Notes: generated from the letters alone by a model not told the origin. Counted from the first letter of the stretch, positions 35,476-45,701 are shown. The stretch is 45,701 nt of DNA from Candidatus Thorarchaeota archaeon (GCA_048882485.1 JBHLRP010000023.1:1-45701); one strand, 5' to 3'. Numbers and translations are program-made.

Positions 35476-36621
35476 CTAGGCTCCCTCCTTGACCAAGCTT
35501 ACGACCTTTTGAGCTGCATCTTCCATAGTCTTCAGGAATGGGATTCCGGCCTGTCTGAGCATTTCCTGCCCCTCCTCTTCATTGGTGCCTACCATCCTTA
35601 TGACCAACGGCACTTTGATGTCACCATCCCTCTTTGCAGCCAAAATGCCACTGGCGACCTCATCACACCTGGTTATTCCGCCCATGATGTTGACCAGTAT
35701 TGCCTTCACTTTGTCATACTTCATGGCAATCTCTATTCCTTTCTCGACCCTCTCTGCATCTGCCCCGCCTCCAAGGTCTAGAAAGGTGCTAGCTGTACCA
35801 CCATAGAGTGATACTGCATCCAATGTTGCCATGGTTAGCCCTGCGCCATTACAGATGCATGCAATGTCCCCTTCCAACTCAACGTAAGCCATTCCTTCCT
35901 GAGTGGCTGCTCGTTCCCTTTCGTTCTGTTCCATAGGTTCTCTCTTGAGGCTCTCTATCAGCTTCTTGTGTCTGTAAAGCGCATTATCATCAATGTTCAA
36001 CCTTGCATCTGCTGCAAGGAATCGGCCATCTTTGGTGAGAATCAGAGGATTGATCTCGGTCAACTCTACATCTCGATCTCTCACTATCTGCCAAAGCTTG
36101 AGAAAGAATCCTGCTACTTTGCTGATACTCTTTCCAGTAAAACCCATTGCTATTGCTATCTCACGGGCTTCAAAGGGCTGGAGACCAAAATCAGGTTCAA
36201 CATGATGCTTGATGATCTTCTCAGGACTCTCTTCTGCAAGCTCCTCGATTGACATTCCACCTGCGCCACTTCCTATGACGACATACTTGCGTTCATTCCT
36301 GTCGACGGTTATCCCTGCATAAATCTCCTGCTGAATGTCTAGCATCTCCTCAATCAAGACTGCCTCAACAGGCAAATCGTTGATTTTCATCTTCAGTATC
36401 TCTTCAGCGTGCTTAGCTGCTTCTTCAGGCGTGTCCGCAAATTTGATTCCTCCCGCCTTGCCTCTCTTCCCGGCAAGAACCTGTGCCTTTACAACAACAG
36501 GCTTGCCGACCTCAGCAGCTTGCTTCTTCGCCTCATCTGGGGTTCTGGCCAATCCACCAGGTGGCATAGGCATACCAAAGGCTCGAAAGACATCTTTTGC
36601 CTCATGTTCGAACAACTTCAT
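35476..36621 (-). CDS. sucC: Succinyl-CoA synthetase beta subunit
   Basis: MKLFEHEAK, KAQVLAG.RGKAGG, EINPL, NGAGL.MAT.D and GGITRCD. Confidence 0.97.
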   Translation of the reverse strand: MKLFEHEAKDVFRAFGMPMPPGGLARTPDEAKKQAAEVGKPVVVKAQVLAGKRGKAGGIKFADTPEEAAKHAEEILKMKINDLPVEAVLIEEMLDIQQEIYAGITVDRNERKYVVIGSGAGGMSIEELAEESPEKIIKHHVEPDFGLQPFEAREIAIAMGFTGKSISKVAGFFLKLWQIVRDRDVELTEINPLILTKDGRFLAADARLNIDDNALYRHKKLIESLKREPMEQNERERAATQEGMAYVELEGDIACICNGAGLTMATLDAVSLYGGTASTFLDLGGGADAERVEKGIEIAMKYDKVKAILVNIMGGITRCDEVASGILAAKRDGDIKVPLVIRMVGTNEEEGQEMLRQAGIPFLKTMEDAAQKVVSLVKEGA

Positions 36622-36693
36622 GGATATTCACCGGGATGCGAAGGATACTAACCCTCCAACTGGAGCCCCGCTCGATGTTCCCACCGTAAAAAG

Positions 36694-38910
36694 CTATCTG
36701 ATTGCACCTATGAGTGTTCGAAGATTGTCCTCCATCGCAATGCTATCTTTCTTCAGTTTGTCCTTCCGTTTTTCTCCCATTAGTCCTAGTAAAATCATGT
36801 TGATGTAGTCGAGCTCCTCGATGCAGTTCTCGACGATTCCTGGCATCTCATTCTTATCACACACAAGGTCTTCAATATTCTCAGCTGGTAGCGCATCTAT
36901 AATCCGACTAAGAACTTCTCTCGGTAGATTGCTTCTTGCTTTAGCGACGCTGAGGAGGATGTCCTTGAGATTCTCCTTACGCTCGGATATTGCCCTCATG
37001 ACCCGTTTGGCGTCAGGCACAGGAACTCCAAGATAGGTTGCATTCTCTCCTAGTTCCGTGCATCTGATTGTCTTCTTGACACGCTGAACAAGTCCAGCTC
37101 TCTCAAGATCACCAATTACCTCGAGCCCTCGAAGTGCCTGTTCAATGACGCTAGATGCGTATTGCTTGGTAACTTCCTCTTTCAAAGCATATTTTGCGAA
37201 TTTCACGAGATGTTTGCAGAGTCTATGTCTTCGTATGCCTTGATACTTCCATGATTCGCATGAGCAAGACACCCCATCAGATGCCTTCAGGGATACATAG
37301 TGCCACATCTCTCTACTCCCACTATGAATTAATCCTTCAATCTTGGATGGATTCAAGGACACGACCTTGACATTCTCATCTGGGATTTCTTCTGCCCGCT
37401 TTTCAGTAGATCTAGTCGTCCTCAATGAAACCAATTGCTCCACAGTAGTGTCATCAGAAGTTAAGGTGCCATCCTGAATAGGGCCCGTCATTCGGTTACT
37501 TGCAGCCCAAAAAGTCCGATTGATTATGGAGAAGGGGTCTACTGGTTGTTCAGAGCTTCCACATAGCTGGCCGAGAACCAGGTCCTGGACGTTCTCTGTA
37601 TCATCCATGACACTGTCTACCTCACCCTCTCTAGGGCTTATGTTACCTTTTGAATCGGTGACAAAGTATTTCGCTAGAATGCGCGTTTTTTCCTCTTTAC
37701 TGTCTACAACCACCACTCCGAACGCTTCGTTGTCTATTCCTCGTCTACCAGCTGATTGTAGTACATCATTGAATTGCCATTCTGAAAGCATTGTGACACT
37801 ATCTTCGTGGGAAAGGTCTTTCCCTAACTCTTGCATGAACACGCCCATCAGAAAGACCACCGTGGCCTTTAGCCCACTGGCAATTGCGAAGCGCATTGGC
37901 ATCACGATGACAGGGAGAAGTCCATCTTCCCATGCCTCTGAGATTTTCCTTCTTTGTGTTCTTGATACTCCCTCATGAAAGAAAGCAACACCTTGTGATA
38001 CAGTAGAGCCTAATTTTGATGTCATCTCGCATTCTCGATATGACTTTGAAACATCCAGAGACAGTTCCCTGAGATCGTCACGATGTTCTGGCGTGAGTCT
38101 GAGGTCCAGTGCTGCATCCTCACCTCCGCTTTTGCCTGACAAGCGAACCGCCAGATCTTCTGAAGTAGGAGCGTTTGCACAAAGAATCATGACCTGTCCT
38201 CTTTGATAGTGCACAAACTCAGTAAGGTCTGCGAGTGATTCATTTACGCTGTCAAATGACTTTACGCTGAAGATTAGTTTGACCTCAGCCTTTTGGTCGA
38301 TGATAGCAGTGGCATTAAGCCAGTTTGCTAGCTCTCCTATGTCAGCCACAGGCGGAGAGATCGCGATGTACTGGATGGGCTTGCCTATTCCCATCAATGC
38401 AACAAGAACCGTTTCAAGCGTGGCACCAAGGCCAGGTTGCCCAATAAGATCGAGTCGGTCAATCAACACTGCGACTACATTCTCAAGTGCATCCGGGGCG
38501 GTTCTAAGAGCGATATCCATTGCCCGATATGTTGATACAACTACTCTGCCACTCTGCCAGTCTTCTTGTATGGCGTCCCTTCTTCTAATGATGACGGCTG
38601 ATTCAATCCCAAGTCGACGACATTTGTGGCCAATGGAATTATACTTCATTTCTGCTTGATGCGGATTGGGGCATAGAACCACTACCCGTGCCCGATAGTC
38701 TGAAGCCACTCTATTTAGAATCGCTATCTCAGCTATCTGATATGCTTCGTCATAGTCGTAAGTGGCAAGTATCTGATTGCCATCCCGCATTATGCCTTTG
38801 TTCACTGAATCGAGCTGAAACTCCGTGAGCCTATCAAAACCCCGTTTGCGCAATAGCTCTAGGACTCGTGGTGCCACCTGTGCAAGCTCAAGCTCTCGGA
38901 GCGTGCTCAC
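36694..38910 (-). CDS. Inactivated Ski2/Hel308-like helicase with inserted SWIM zinc finger
   Basis: Q motif (GFDRLTEFQ), GVAFFHEG and AGRRGID are retained. Walker A is replaced by TYDYDEAY and Walker B by IDRLD. SWIM motif CSC-x13-CKH. Confidence 0.75.
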   Translation of the reverse strand: MSTLRELELAQVAPRVLELLRKRGFDRLTEFQLDSVNKGIMRDGNQILATYDYDEAYQIAEIAILNRVASDYRARVVVLCPNPHQAEMKYNSIGHKCRRLGIESAVIIRRRDAIQEDWQSGRVVVSTYRAMDIALRTAPDALENVVAVLIDRLDLIGQPGLGATLETVLVALMGIGKPIQYIAISPPVADIGELANWLNATAIIDQKAEVKLIFSVKSFDSVNESLADLTEFVHYQRGQVMILCANAPTSEDLAVRLSGKSGGEDAALDLRLTPEHRDDLRELSLDVSKSYRECEMTSKLGSTVSQGVAFFHEGVSRTQRRKISEAWEDGLLPVIVMPMRFAIASGLKATVVFLMGVFMQELGKDLSHEDSVTMLSEWQFNDVLQSAGRRGIDNEAFGVVVVDSKEEKTRILAKYFVTDSKGNISPREGEVDSVMDDTENVQDLVLGQLCGSSEQPVDPFSIINRTFWAASNRMTGPIQDGTLTSDDTTVEQLVSLRTTRSTEKRAEEIPDENVKVVSLNPSKIEGLIHSGSREMWHYVSLKASDGVSCSCESWKYQGIRRHRLCKHLVKFAKYALKEEVTKQYASSVIEQALRGLEVIGDLERAGLVQRVKKTIRCTELGENATYLGVPVPDAKRVMRAISERKENLKDILLSVAKARSNLPREVLSRIIDALPAENIEDLVCDKNEMPGIVENCIEELDYINMILLGLMGEKRKDKLKKDSIAMEDNLRTLIGAIR

Positions 38911-39166
38911 TATGTCCTACCCCGTCATCTCAAACATACATTCATTCTATGAACTGCTATCTTATCCTATTAATTATTAGGCTTATAAAGTCCAGTAAAC
39001 AGGGTCATTGAGCATTCAAGGAGAATGATATTTCCCCTCAATCTGTCCAAACCTTGTCATATGGGACACATACATAGTCTCAAAAGCAGCTGAAAGTCTG
39101 GTTTCCTTGACAACTAAGTCAATTACAGCTACGACTAACTTCACCCTTCAAACTGAGGTAAATGGA

Positions 39167-39907
39167 ATGGCGTTTGTCGCTACACGAGATTCAACATTTG
39201 AGATAATCCTGAAGGACGGCTTCAAGGTTGAGCCTGGCTCAACTTTTGTCTGTGGTTTCCACGGGCTTGGAGAAGTTGGCTTCCTAAGTACTGCTCATCT
39301 TACCCGAGCACTCGACGCTGAGAGAGTAGGCTTCATCAAGAGCGATATGCTGCCTCTCTTCGTTTCTATGGAGAACGAACGTCTGGTTCTGCCTTTCGAA
39401 CTATACTGGTATGCTAAGAAGAAGCTTGTATTTCTTGTTCCAAGATTTCAACCCCACAGCTCGGAACAATGGGGGTGGATTGATCGCCTAGCTGAGTGGA
39501 TCACAGCCAACAAGTTCTCTGAGTCACTCTTGCTTGGTGGTTTAGATGCCAGTTTCAAAGAGGATGAAGAGGAAATGCGTTGTGTTCCAACCAGTGCATA
39601 TGGTGACCAACTTGAGAAGTGGTCTGTACCAATACTTGAAGAAGGCCTCTTTGTAGCAGGACCGCTAGCACTCCTGCTAGCAGAACTCGAGATGCGAGAA
39701 CAGGCTGCACTTGGTCTGCTGACTTATGCTACTCGTGGTCGACCAGACCCGAAGTCTGCTGCAACCATGCTGGAGAAAATCAATGAAGTCTATGGCGTTG
39801 AGGCTAATGTAGAAGAGCTACTCAAGGAATCGAGAGAGATCGAACGCCTTGAGAAGATGCGACAGTCAATTGAGGCATCTGACCGCTCGAGTGACATGTT
39901 TGTCTAG
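39167..39907 (+). CDS. PAC2-family proteasome assembly chaperone
   Basis: GFHGLGEVG.L...HL, PFELY, LGGLD, AGPLALLL, PDPKSAA and a short acidic C-terminal tail. Confidence 0.88.
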   Translation: MAFVATRDSTFEIILKDGFKVEPGSTFVCGFHGLGEVGFLSTAHLTRALDAERVGFIKSDMLPLFVSMENERLVLPFELYWYAKKKLVFLVPRFQPHSSEQWGWIDRLAEWITANKFSESLLLGGLDASFKEDEEEMRCVPTSAYGDQLEKWSVPILEEGLFVAGPLALLLAELEMREQAALGLLTYATRGRPDPKSAATMLEKINEVYGVEANVEELLKESREIERLEKMRQSIEASDRSSDMFV

Positions 39908-40443
39908 GCGCCTCTAAGATACGCTCCGATGTCTACAAGGTTCTTGGCAACTAGACGGTCTCTTGCAAGACGTTTCAGCTTATTCCCATCCACAGACAAT
40001 GCTGCAAGTCCCAAGACCTCGTTATCCTTGTTGAGCACAATCACTCGTTGACCACGTTTCAGATGTGAGTCTAGTTTGAAGACTGATTCCTTGAGAATAC
40101 TTCGGCCATAAGAGAATGCTTCCGCACCCTGACGTGAAACTACAAGCTTGCGGTCTGTGACTTCAGCAAGCGCATCTAAGATCTGCAGACTGAGTCTGAA
40201 CCCTTTCTTAGTCATATCCCCTATTCGGATGCCAAGTGAATGAATCTCATAGTTCGCCACTAGTTCATCGAGTTCAGTCATCCACTCCATTGGGATGAGA
40301 TAGAATGACTTGGTTTCCCCCCGTGCTAGAGTCACCGGAGCTCGGTCACCAAGTAGTGCCTTACTCACGCCCTCTCCAAACTCGCTATCGAGCTGTTCTA
40401 TCAGCTCATTCCATTCAACAGGGTCTACTAGCTCAGGCTTCAT
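39904..40443 (-). CDS. NIP7-like PUA-domain ribosome biogenesis protein
   Basis: SLGI.IG, F.LSL, AEAFSYGRSI, V.V.N...E.LG and KNLVDIGAYLR. Confidence 0.8.
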   Translation of the reverse strand: MKPELVDPVEWNELIEQLDSEFGEGVSKALLGDRAPVTLARGETKSFYLIPMEWMTELDELVANYEIHSLGIRIGDMTKKGFRLSLQILDALAEVTDRKLVVSRQGAEAFSYGRSILKESVFKLDSHLKRGQRVIVLNKDNEVLGLAALSVDGNKLKRLARDRLVAKNLVDIGAYLRGA

Positions 40444-40500
40444 TCTCAATCACATTTCTGCAGGAAAGACGGCCCTTGCCACTTATGGAGATGTCGGAAT

Positions 40501-42147
40501 TCAGTTTTCAGGGATTGATAGTCGTTTCGCACCAACGAAGACCACAATGGCTCCCACTAATAGGAGAGGTACAGTATTCACTAAGAGTCCCATAGGTATG
40601 TTTCTCTCGGTTATCATGATTATAACCCCCCAAATCATAGTGAATATAGAAGACAGCATGATGATTATTACGGTGAGTCCAGTATTGATCATGAACGCGC
40701 TGCTCTTGACATCCTCGTATGCAGGATTGTTCGCCGTGATTCCAGTGGCTATGAGAATCGCACCACAAAGCATTGAATACACGTAGACGAGCATGGCAAG
40801 AAACACCACCACGTCCAATACTAGGATGACTGTGACAGCTGTAGTGGATATCAATGCGATTGGAATTGCGAAAAGTATGTGTGAAACGACCCTAGCTCTG
40901 ACGAACTTAAACGCTCCATTTGGAGACCCTTTTAGTATCCAGAGCTGGTCCTTCGAGTCAAGAAAGCCAATTCCCCCGAAGGCAACCCCGCCAAGAATAC
41001 TCAACATCATCCCTGTTATGAGGGTGGCCATCATAGGAACGAATAGAGGGTCACCAACAACACCGCCCAATCCGCTGAAGTTCATGATGAAAGGTAGCAG
41101 AATTGAGAGGAAGATTCCATATCCCAATCTTGAAAGGTTTTGGGCCTTTCTTCCAAAGTCTTTCAATGATGTGACAACCAATACCCCAAAGGATCCCGAT
41201 ATAACGCTCTTTATCCCTCGAAGGAACAGATTGTCGCGTCCAACTGTGGTGACAACTTCTGTTCTCGCTCCTGCTTGGATAGTGAAGAGTCGATCTGAGG
41301 CAGCAAACCCAATTCCCAACATGAAGATTGAGAATGCTACCATCAATAGAAAATCAATGGCTGGACCAAAGTGGAGTATGCTTTCAAAGGCTAAGATGGT
41401 GGACTGCGACAGACCTATCCCATTGAAGTATATGGCAGTCCATGTGACTAAATCTGCACCCCATGTTGAGGGAAGAATGAGAAAGACATCCATTCCCATG
41501 ACCTCAGCAAGAGGTCCTGCGAAATACATGATCCCATACATTGGGACTATAATGATGGCTGCAACAACCATACTGAGGGCCTTGGCTATGTCATTTCCTC
41601 TTGAAGACTCTCCAAGTTTTGCTTGGATTGCAGTGGATATCACATTTGAGAACCACAACGTGGCTAGTGCTGTGATATACAACACACCATACATTAACGC
41701 CTGACCAATAAGAGTGACCTGATACACTATTGCAAAAGGCGAGATGAGCACTGGAGCAAGGATGAGTACTAGGATTCCATAGCTCGGTAACTTACCGACG
41801 AACATACCAATCAGCATGTCGCGAGTATTGACATTGTTGCTCAACATAATCTCCCATTGTCCTATCCTGATTTCCTGCAAGGCAGAGGAAATGGGATAGA
41901 TTAACACAATAATCCAGAGAAGTAGCATTACCGACCTCATGAGCCCAGGAAATGCCACCGCTAGAATGAGCTGGATCTCAGCAGCAAACAGATCTACAAA
42001 TGAGGACATAATTGCGGGGGCAATTAGAAGCGCCCAAACTAAAGCAAAGGCCAGAATGAGCAACGAAACTGTCTTCCTTCTTCTATGAAATCTTGATGTT
42101 GCAACTAAAAACTCGGTCTTGGCTATTGCAAGCCAGTTTTTCCGCAC
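40501..42147 (-). CDS. ABC-2 type transporter permease
   Basis: ~12 TM segments in two halves, IAKTEF N-terminus, adjacent to the ATPase. Confidence 0.82.
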   Translation of the reverse strand: MRKNWLAIAKTEFLVATSRFHRRRKTVSLLILAFALVWALLIAPAIMSSFVDLFAAEIQLILAVAFPGLMRSVMLLLWIIVLIYPISSALQEIRIGQWEIMLSNNVNTRDMLIGMFVGKLPSYGILVLILAPVLISPFAIVYQVTLIGQALMYGVLYITALATLWFSNVISTAIQAKLGESSRGNDIAKALSMVVAAIIIVPMYGIMYFAGPLAEVMGMDVFLILPSTWGADLVTWTAIYFNGIGLSQSTILAFESILHFGPAIDFLLMVAFSIFMLGIGFAASDRLFTIQAGARTEVVTTVGRDNLFLRGIKSVISGSFGVLVVTSLKDFGRKAQNLSRLGYGIFLSILLPFIMNFSGLGGVVGDPLFVPMMATLITGMMLSILGGVAFGGIGFLDSKDQLWILKGSPNGAFKFVRARVVSHILFAIPIALISTTAVTVILVLDVVVFLAMLVYVYSMLCGAILIATGITANNPAYEDVKSSAFMINTGLTVIIIMLSSIFTMIWGVIIMITERNIPMGLLVNTVPLLLVGAIVVFVGAKRLSIPEN

Positions 42148-42148
42148 A

Positions 42149-42922
42149 TCACTGCCTCCACGACAAGAGTGACTCCCTGTCCACCTCTCCTCCTACGATT
42201 TTGAGGTATGCTTCTTCAAGATCAGAAGCCTCCACGTTCTTGATTATCTCCTTTGGAGTTCCTAGGGTTGTGAGAATGCCTTCGTTTAGAATACCGATGA
42301 TTTCGCATACATCCTCAGCAAAGTCAGTCATGTGGGTGCAGATGAAGAAGGTGGTTTCAGTTTCTTTTGCCATAGCAAGTATCATTTCCTTTACAAGCGC
42401 ACTCGCAGCAGGGTCCAATCTGGATGTGGGTTCATCAAGGAAGACCAATTGTGGTTCATGGAGAATGGTTGACGCGACTAACACTTTCTGCTTCATCCCT
42501 GAAGAGTAGCTCTCAAGCAGGTCGTTCTGCCTTCCTTCTAGTCCAAGAATACCTAGAAGGCTGTCAATCCTGTTCTTCAACACTTCACCACTAATGTCAT
42601 TCAGGGCACCTATGAACTCGAGGAATTCGACCGCAGACAGCTTCGAATACAGACCAGGGGCCTCAGGAAGTAGTCCTGTAACCGCTTTGATCTCATCTCT
42701 CTGCCTGTTAACATCGTATCCACACACAGATGCCAGTCCAGCACTGGGCTTAAGGAGTCCGGACAGGATTCTTACCGTCGTTGTCTTGCCTGCTCCATTT
42801 GGGCCCAAGAATCCAAAGGTACTCCCCTTCCTGACCTCTAAATCCAGGTCCTTGAGAGCTTGAATAGTCCCGAAGTTCTTTGAAAGGCCCTCGGTTCTTA
42901 TGTCAATTCCATCACTCGCCAT
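42149..42922 (-). CDS. ABC transporter ATP-binding protein
   Basis: GPNGAGKTT, YSSGMKQK, FLDEPTS.LDP and TH switch. Confidence 0.95.
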   Translation of the reverse strand: MASDGIDIRTEGLSKNFGTIQALKDLDLEVRKGSTFGFLGPNGAGKTTTVRILSGLLKPSAGLASVCGYDVNRQRDEIKAVTGLLPEAPGLYSKLSAVEFLEFIGALNDISGEVLKNRIDSLLGILGLEGRQNDLLESYSSGMKQKVLVASTILHEPQLVFLDEPTSRLDPAASALVKEMILAMAKETETTFFICTHMTDFAEDVCEIIGILNEGILTTLGTPKEIIKNVEASDLEEAYLKIVGGEVDRESLLSWRQ

Positions 42923-42998
42923 GACACTCCACACCTAGCCTTGAGGTAACTTGGAATTTTCTCCTAAAAAGCTAGAGCTTCATAGCAGCTGGAAACCC

Positions 42999-43964
42999 CT
43001 ATTCTTTCTCCATTTTGCATATGAAGAAGCCCTCTGTTCCATGAAGATGGGGCAGGAATCTTCTTGTCAGAGTCATTGACTCACTCAATTCAACCCCATA
43101 TGGTCGTGTGTATCCCGGAGAGCCGAACTCAAGCGTTATGGGGACTACTCTCGTATCCGGATGCCTGCCAAGAACCTCGTCAACTATGTACTCGTTCTCC
43201 TCCGGTGCAATGGAACATGTAGAATAGACCATAGTCCCACCGGAAGGTAGCGCGTTCACTGCAGCCTCCAGAAGCTCATCCTCCCTGGTCGCACAGAATC
43301 GAATGTCAGCCATAGATGTACTCGTCTTTCTCGTGGGGTCCAGTGGAATGAGACCTTCTCCTGAACAAGGTGAATCAAGTAGGATCTTATCAGGTATTTG
43401 CTCTAGTCTGCCGAGTTTCCTAGCATCACCGCGAAGGACTATGGCATTGCTCACCCCACAACGCTGAATATTGCTCTCCAGGCTCTTTATACGTTGACGG
43501 TCCTGTTCTATGGCAATCACAGTTCCAGTGTTTTCCATCAATTGCGCAATATGCGTGGTTTTGCCACCTGGAGCGGCAGCTACGTCTATGACCGTTTCTC
43601 CAGGTTGGGGGTCCAGGACTTTAGTCACAGTCATGGATGGCACTCCTTGAACGTAATAGTAACCGAGCATATGCTCAAAGAGGGACCCAGGAGCGCCCTC
43701 GAAGTCCATCCAGAAGCCATCATCTAACCAATCCACGGCTCTCAGTGTTACCTGTTTGAGCCGGAGGCGTTTTTGAAGTGAATCAGAATCAATCTTGAGC
43801 GTGTTGACCCTCACAGAGGTCGTTATCTGCTCCTCACAAGCCTCGATGAACTGAATGGTTTCCTCTTCGCCCCACAATGCCAAGTAGCGTTCAATCATGT
43901 ACGGCAGATAGCCATATTGCTCTGCAATCTCCTTTGCTCTCTGGCGGAGTTGCTTACTAGCCAT
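42999..43964 (-). CDS. RsmB/NOP2/NSUN-family RNA m5C methyltransferase
   Basis: RVNTLK, DVAAAPGGKTTH, LLDSPCSGEG, VYSTCS..PEENE and GFFIC. Confidence 0.95.
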   Translation of the reverse strand: MASKQLRQRAKEIAEQYGYLPYMIERYLALWGEEETIQFIEACEEQITTSVRVNTLKIDSDSLQKRLRLKQVTLRAVDWLDDGFWMDFEGAPGSLFEHMLGYYYVQGVPSMTVTKVLDPQPGETVIDVAAAPGGKTTHIAQLMENTGTVIAIEQDRQRIKSLESNIQRCGVSNAIVLRGDARKLGRLEQIPDKILLDSPCSGEGLIPLDPTRKTSTSMADIRFCATREDELLEAAVNALPSGGTMVYSTCSIAPEENEYIVDEVLGRHPDTRVVPITLEFGSPGYTRPYGVELSESMTLTRRFLPHLHGTEGFFICKMEKE

Positions 43965-43968
43965 TCCA

Positions 43969-45219
43969 TCACACTTCTTCCAATGCTCTCTTTAGCTCAT
44001 CAACCCTAGGACCAATGAGTGTGACCGGTGGTGTTAATCGATCTGGAGTGCCAAGGTCCTTGAACCCTGAGCCCGTAATAGGAACGACCACAGAGTCTGA
44101 TCTATCAATAACACCTTCCTTCAAAAGAACGTCTAGACCCCCCAAAGCTGCGACTCCACTTGGTTCAGCGAACACACCTTCCAGTTTCCCTAGAAGTACA
44201 AGATATTTCCCAATGAGGGAGTCCTCGACTGCCACTGCTTTTCCGTCTGCCAGATTGAGGTATTTTAGAGCAGCGTCACCATCCCATGGAAACGGATCGG
44301 CGAGTCCTCCTGCAATAGTCTCATTGGAATCCCAAGGCAAAATGTTCAATGGGTCTTGACTCTCTTTGAATGCTCTTACAATGGGTGCACAACCCTCTGG
44401 CTGGACCACAACAGGTCTGGGAAGTCTGTCGATAAGCCCCATCTGTTGAAATTCCCAAAGGCCCTTCATTGTTCCTGCTGCCAGCCCTCCACTTCCTGTA
44501 GGGAAGAGAATCCAATCAGGAGGATTCCATGATAGCTGCTCGGCAATCTCATAGCCAAGTGATTTTGTACCCTCAAACTGGAAACAGTTGAATGGTCCGA
44601 ATGATGGAGAGGGTGTCCATCCAAGCTCACTGCATGCAGCCTTGAGGAGCGTAGTTGTTGGGTCAACACCCTCCTCTACTTTGCGAACTCTGAATACACG
44701 GGCCCCTAATGTTCTCAGATGAATGAGTTTACCTGCAGGAGCACCCTCTGGAACAAATACTACTGCTCTGAGTCCTGCTCTTGCCGCATATGTTGACATT
44801 GCAGCGGCAGCATTGCCAGAAGATGCTGCAGAAACAGTCTGAGCACCATCTTCTGCTGCACGACTCACACCTACACATATTGGCCTATCCTTGAAAGAAC
44901 CAGAAGGACATAATGTTTCCAGCTTCAGGTAAAGCCTCTGCAGCCCCAGTTCCTTGCCAAGCCTTTTGCTCTGCACAAGGGGCGTGTCACCCTCACCAAG
45001 TGTTACAATGCTCTCCTTCTTTCTGAGAGGCATCAAGTCGAAGTACTTCCAGAGGCCTCCTCTTGTGCTCTCCAATTGAGTTTTCGAGAAAGAATCCTTG
45101 ATAGCCTCGAGATCAACAGTGATGTCGATTCTACCACCACATCCATCGTTGGGTGGGACATTTCCATCGTTGTATTCCTTGCCACATTTTGCACACTTGT
45201 ATTTCACGACTCTTGACAT
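43969..45219 (-). CDS. thrC: Threonine synthase (PLP fold type II)
   Basis: TLGEGDTPL, PSGSFKDR, ASSGNAAA, EGTKS..YEI.EQL, PTGSGG, EPS and TGSGFKD. Confidence 0.9.
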   Translation of the reverse strand: MSRVVKYKCAKCGKEYNDGNVPPNDGCGGRIDITVDLEAIKDSFSKTQLESTRGGLWKYFDLMPLRKKESIVTLGEGDTPLVQSKRLGKELGLQRLYLKLETLCPSGSFKDRPICVGVSRAAEDGAQTVSAASSGNAAAAMSTYAARAGLRAVVFVPEGAPAGKLIHLRTLGARVFRVRKVEEGVDPTTTLLKAACSELGWTPSPSFGPFNCFQFEGTKSLGYEIAEQLSWNPPDWILFPTGSGGLAAGTMKGLWEFQQMGLIDRLPRPVVVQPEGCAPIVRAFKESQDPLNILPWDSNETIAGGLADPFPWDGDAALKYLNLADGKAVAVEDSLIGKYLVLLGKLEGVFAEPSGVAALGGLDVLLKEGVIDRSDSVVVPITGSGFKDLGTPDRLTPPVTLIGPRVDELKRALEEV

Positions 45220-45340
45220 GGGGGCAACCCATTCCAGTGGAATCTATCTCCCGTTATGTGGATTGTGGCAACTTATGTGAATATGAAAGCGAGGAGAAAC
45301 ACCTAATTCGGAGATATGATGATGCAGATAATGAGGCACA

Positions 45341-45701
45341 ATGAGCGAGAGTAGATTCGAGGTCGAAGTGAAGATCACCCTGGAAGAGTCTGAGCAGCTC
45401 GAGGCGGCTCTTCTCAAGATTGGTGCGCGAAAACTCAACACTGAAACCCAAGTCGATGCATACTTCGATCATCCCTGCAGGTCTTTTCCAGAAACTGATG
45501 AGGCAATACGAATCAGGCGTCGACAGCCACATACAGATGATCATCAAGTAGTAACGGATGATAGACCTCTCAATGAGATGACATACAAGGGCCCGAAGGT
45601 CGATCCTCTCTCAAAGACCAGAGCCGAGTTATCAGTGGGGCTCGACGACTCCAGAGAGGCTGGATTGATACTGACCCAACTTGGGTTCAAAGCTATTGCG
45701 A
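45341..45701 (+). CDS. cyaB: Class IV adenylate cyclase / CYTH family protein (truncated by window end)
   Basis: Manual translation MSESRFEVEVK...QVDAYFDHPCRSF.ETDEAIRIR...TYKGPKVD..SKTR.E carries the ExExK CYTH signature. Absent from the ORF track because there is no stop. Confidence 0.9.
   Translation, partial: MSESRFEVEVKITLEESEQLEAALLKIGARKLNTETQVDAYFDHPCRSFPETDEAIRIRRRQPHTDDHQVVTDDRPLNEMTYKGPKVDPLSKTRAELSVGLDDSREAGLILTQLGFKAIA

Noticed and set aside
40793-41704. 303-aa plus-strand ORF and other long antisense ORFs (e.g. 34862..35437, 2898..3401)
   Set aside because: These are shadow frames of well-supported genes on the opposite strand and carry no motifs.

Overview
Archaeal chromosomal window. 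Gene content (L38e, unfused L40e, Rpo4, Alba, aCPSF1, Pus10, SepF, many single-pass Thr-linker surface proteins) is most consistent with an Asgard archaeon, probably Thorarchaeia; this is an inference. Bases 1-15.4 kb form an accessory cell-surface region. It holds two paralogous cassettes, each an HTH/Cys-His regulator translationally coupled to a membrane-anchored Cys-ladder beta-helix protein and preceded by the same TTAA-N10-TTAA-N5-TTAA-N10-TTAA operator scaffold. It also holds two beta-helix/Ig surface proteins and a 2163-aa toxin-like surface protein with Ca-binding repeats, a fascin-like trefoil, a hydrophobic helical bundle, an NHL propeller and a juxtamembrane HL|S (GPS-like) motif. 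Bases 15.7-45.7 kb are mostly housekeeping: translation, RNA modification and processing, proteasome, sucCD, an ABC transporter, thrC and a partial CYTH gene. This part also contains two unusual Ski2/Hel308-like helicases (one with an N-terminal wHTH, one a pseudo-ATPase with a SWIM finger), a tRNA-Val(CAC) with a non-canonical variable-loop intron, and an unannotated 56-aa ORF with its own promoter, operator and leader hairpin. No CRISPR array, integrase or transposase was seen.
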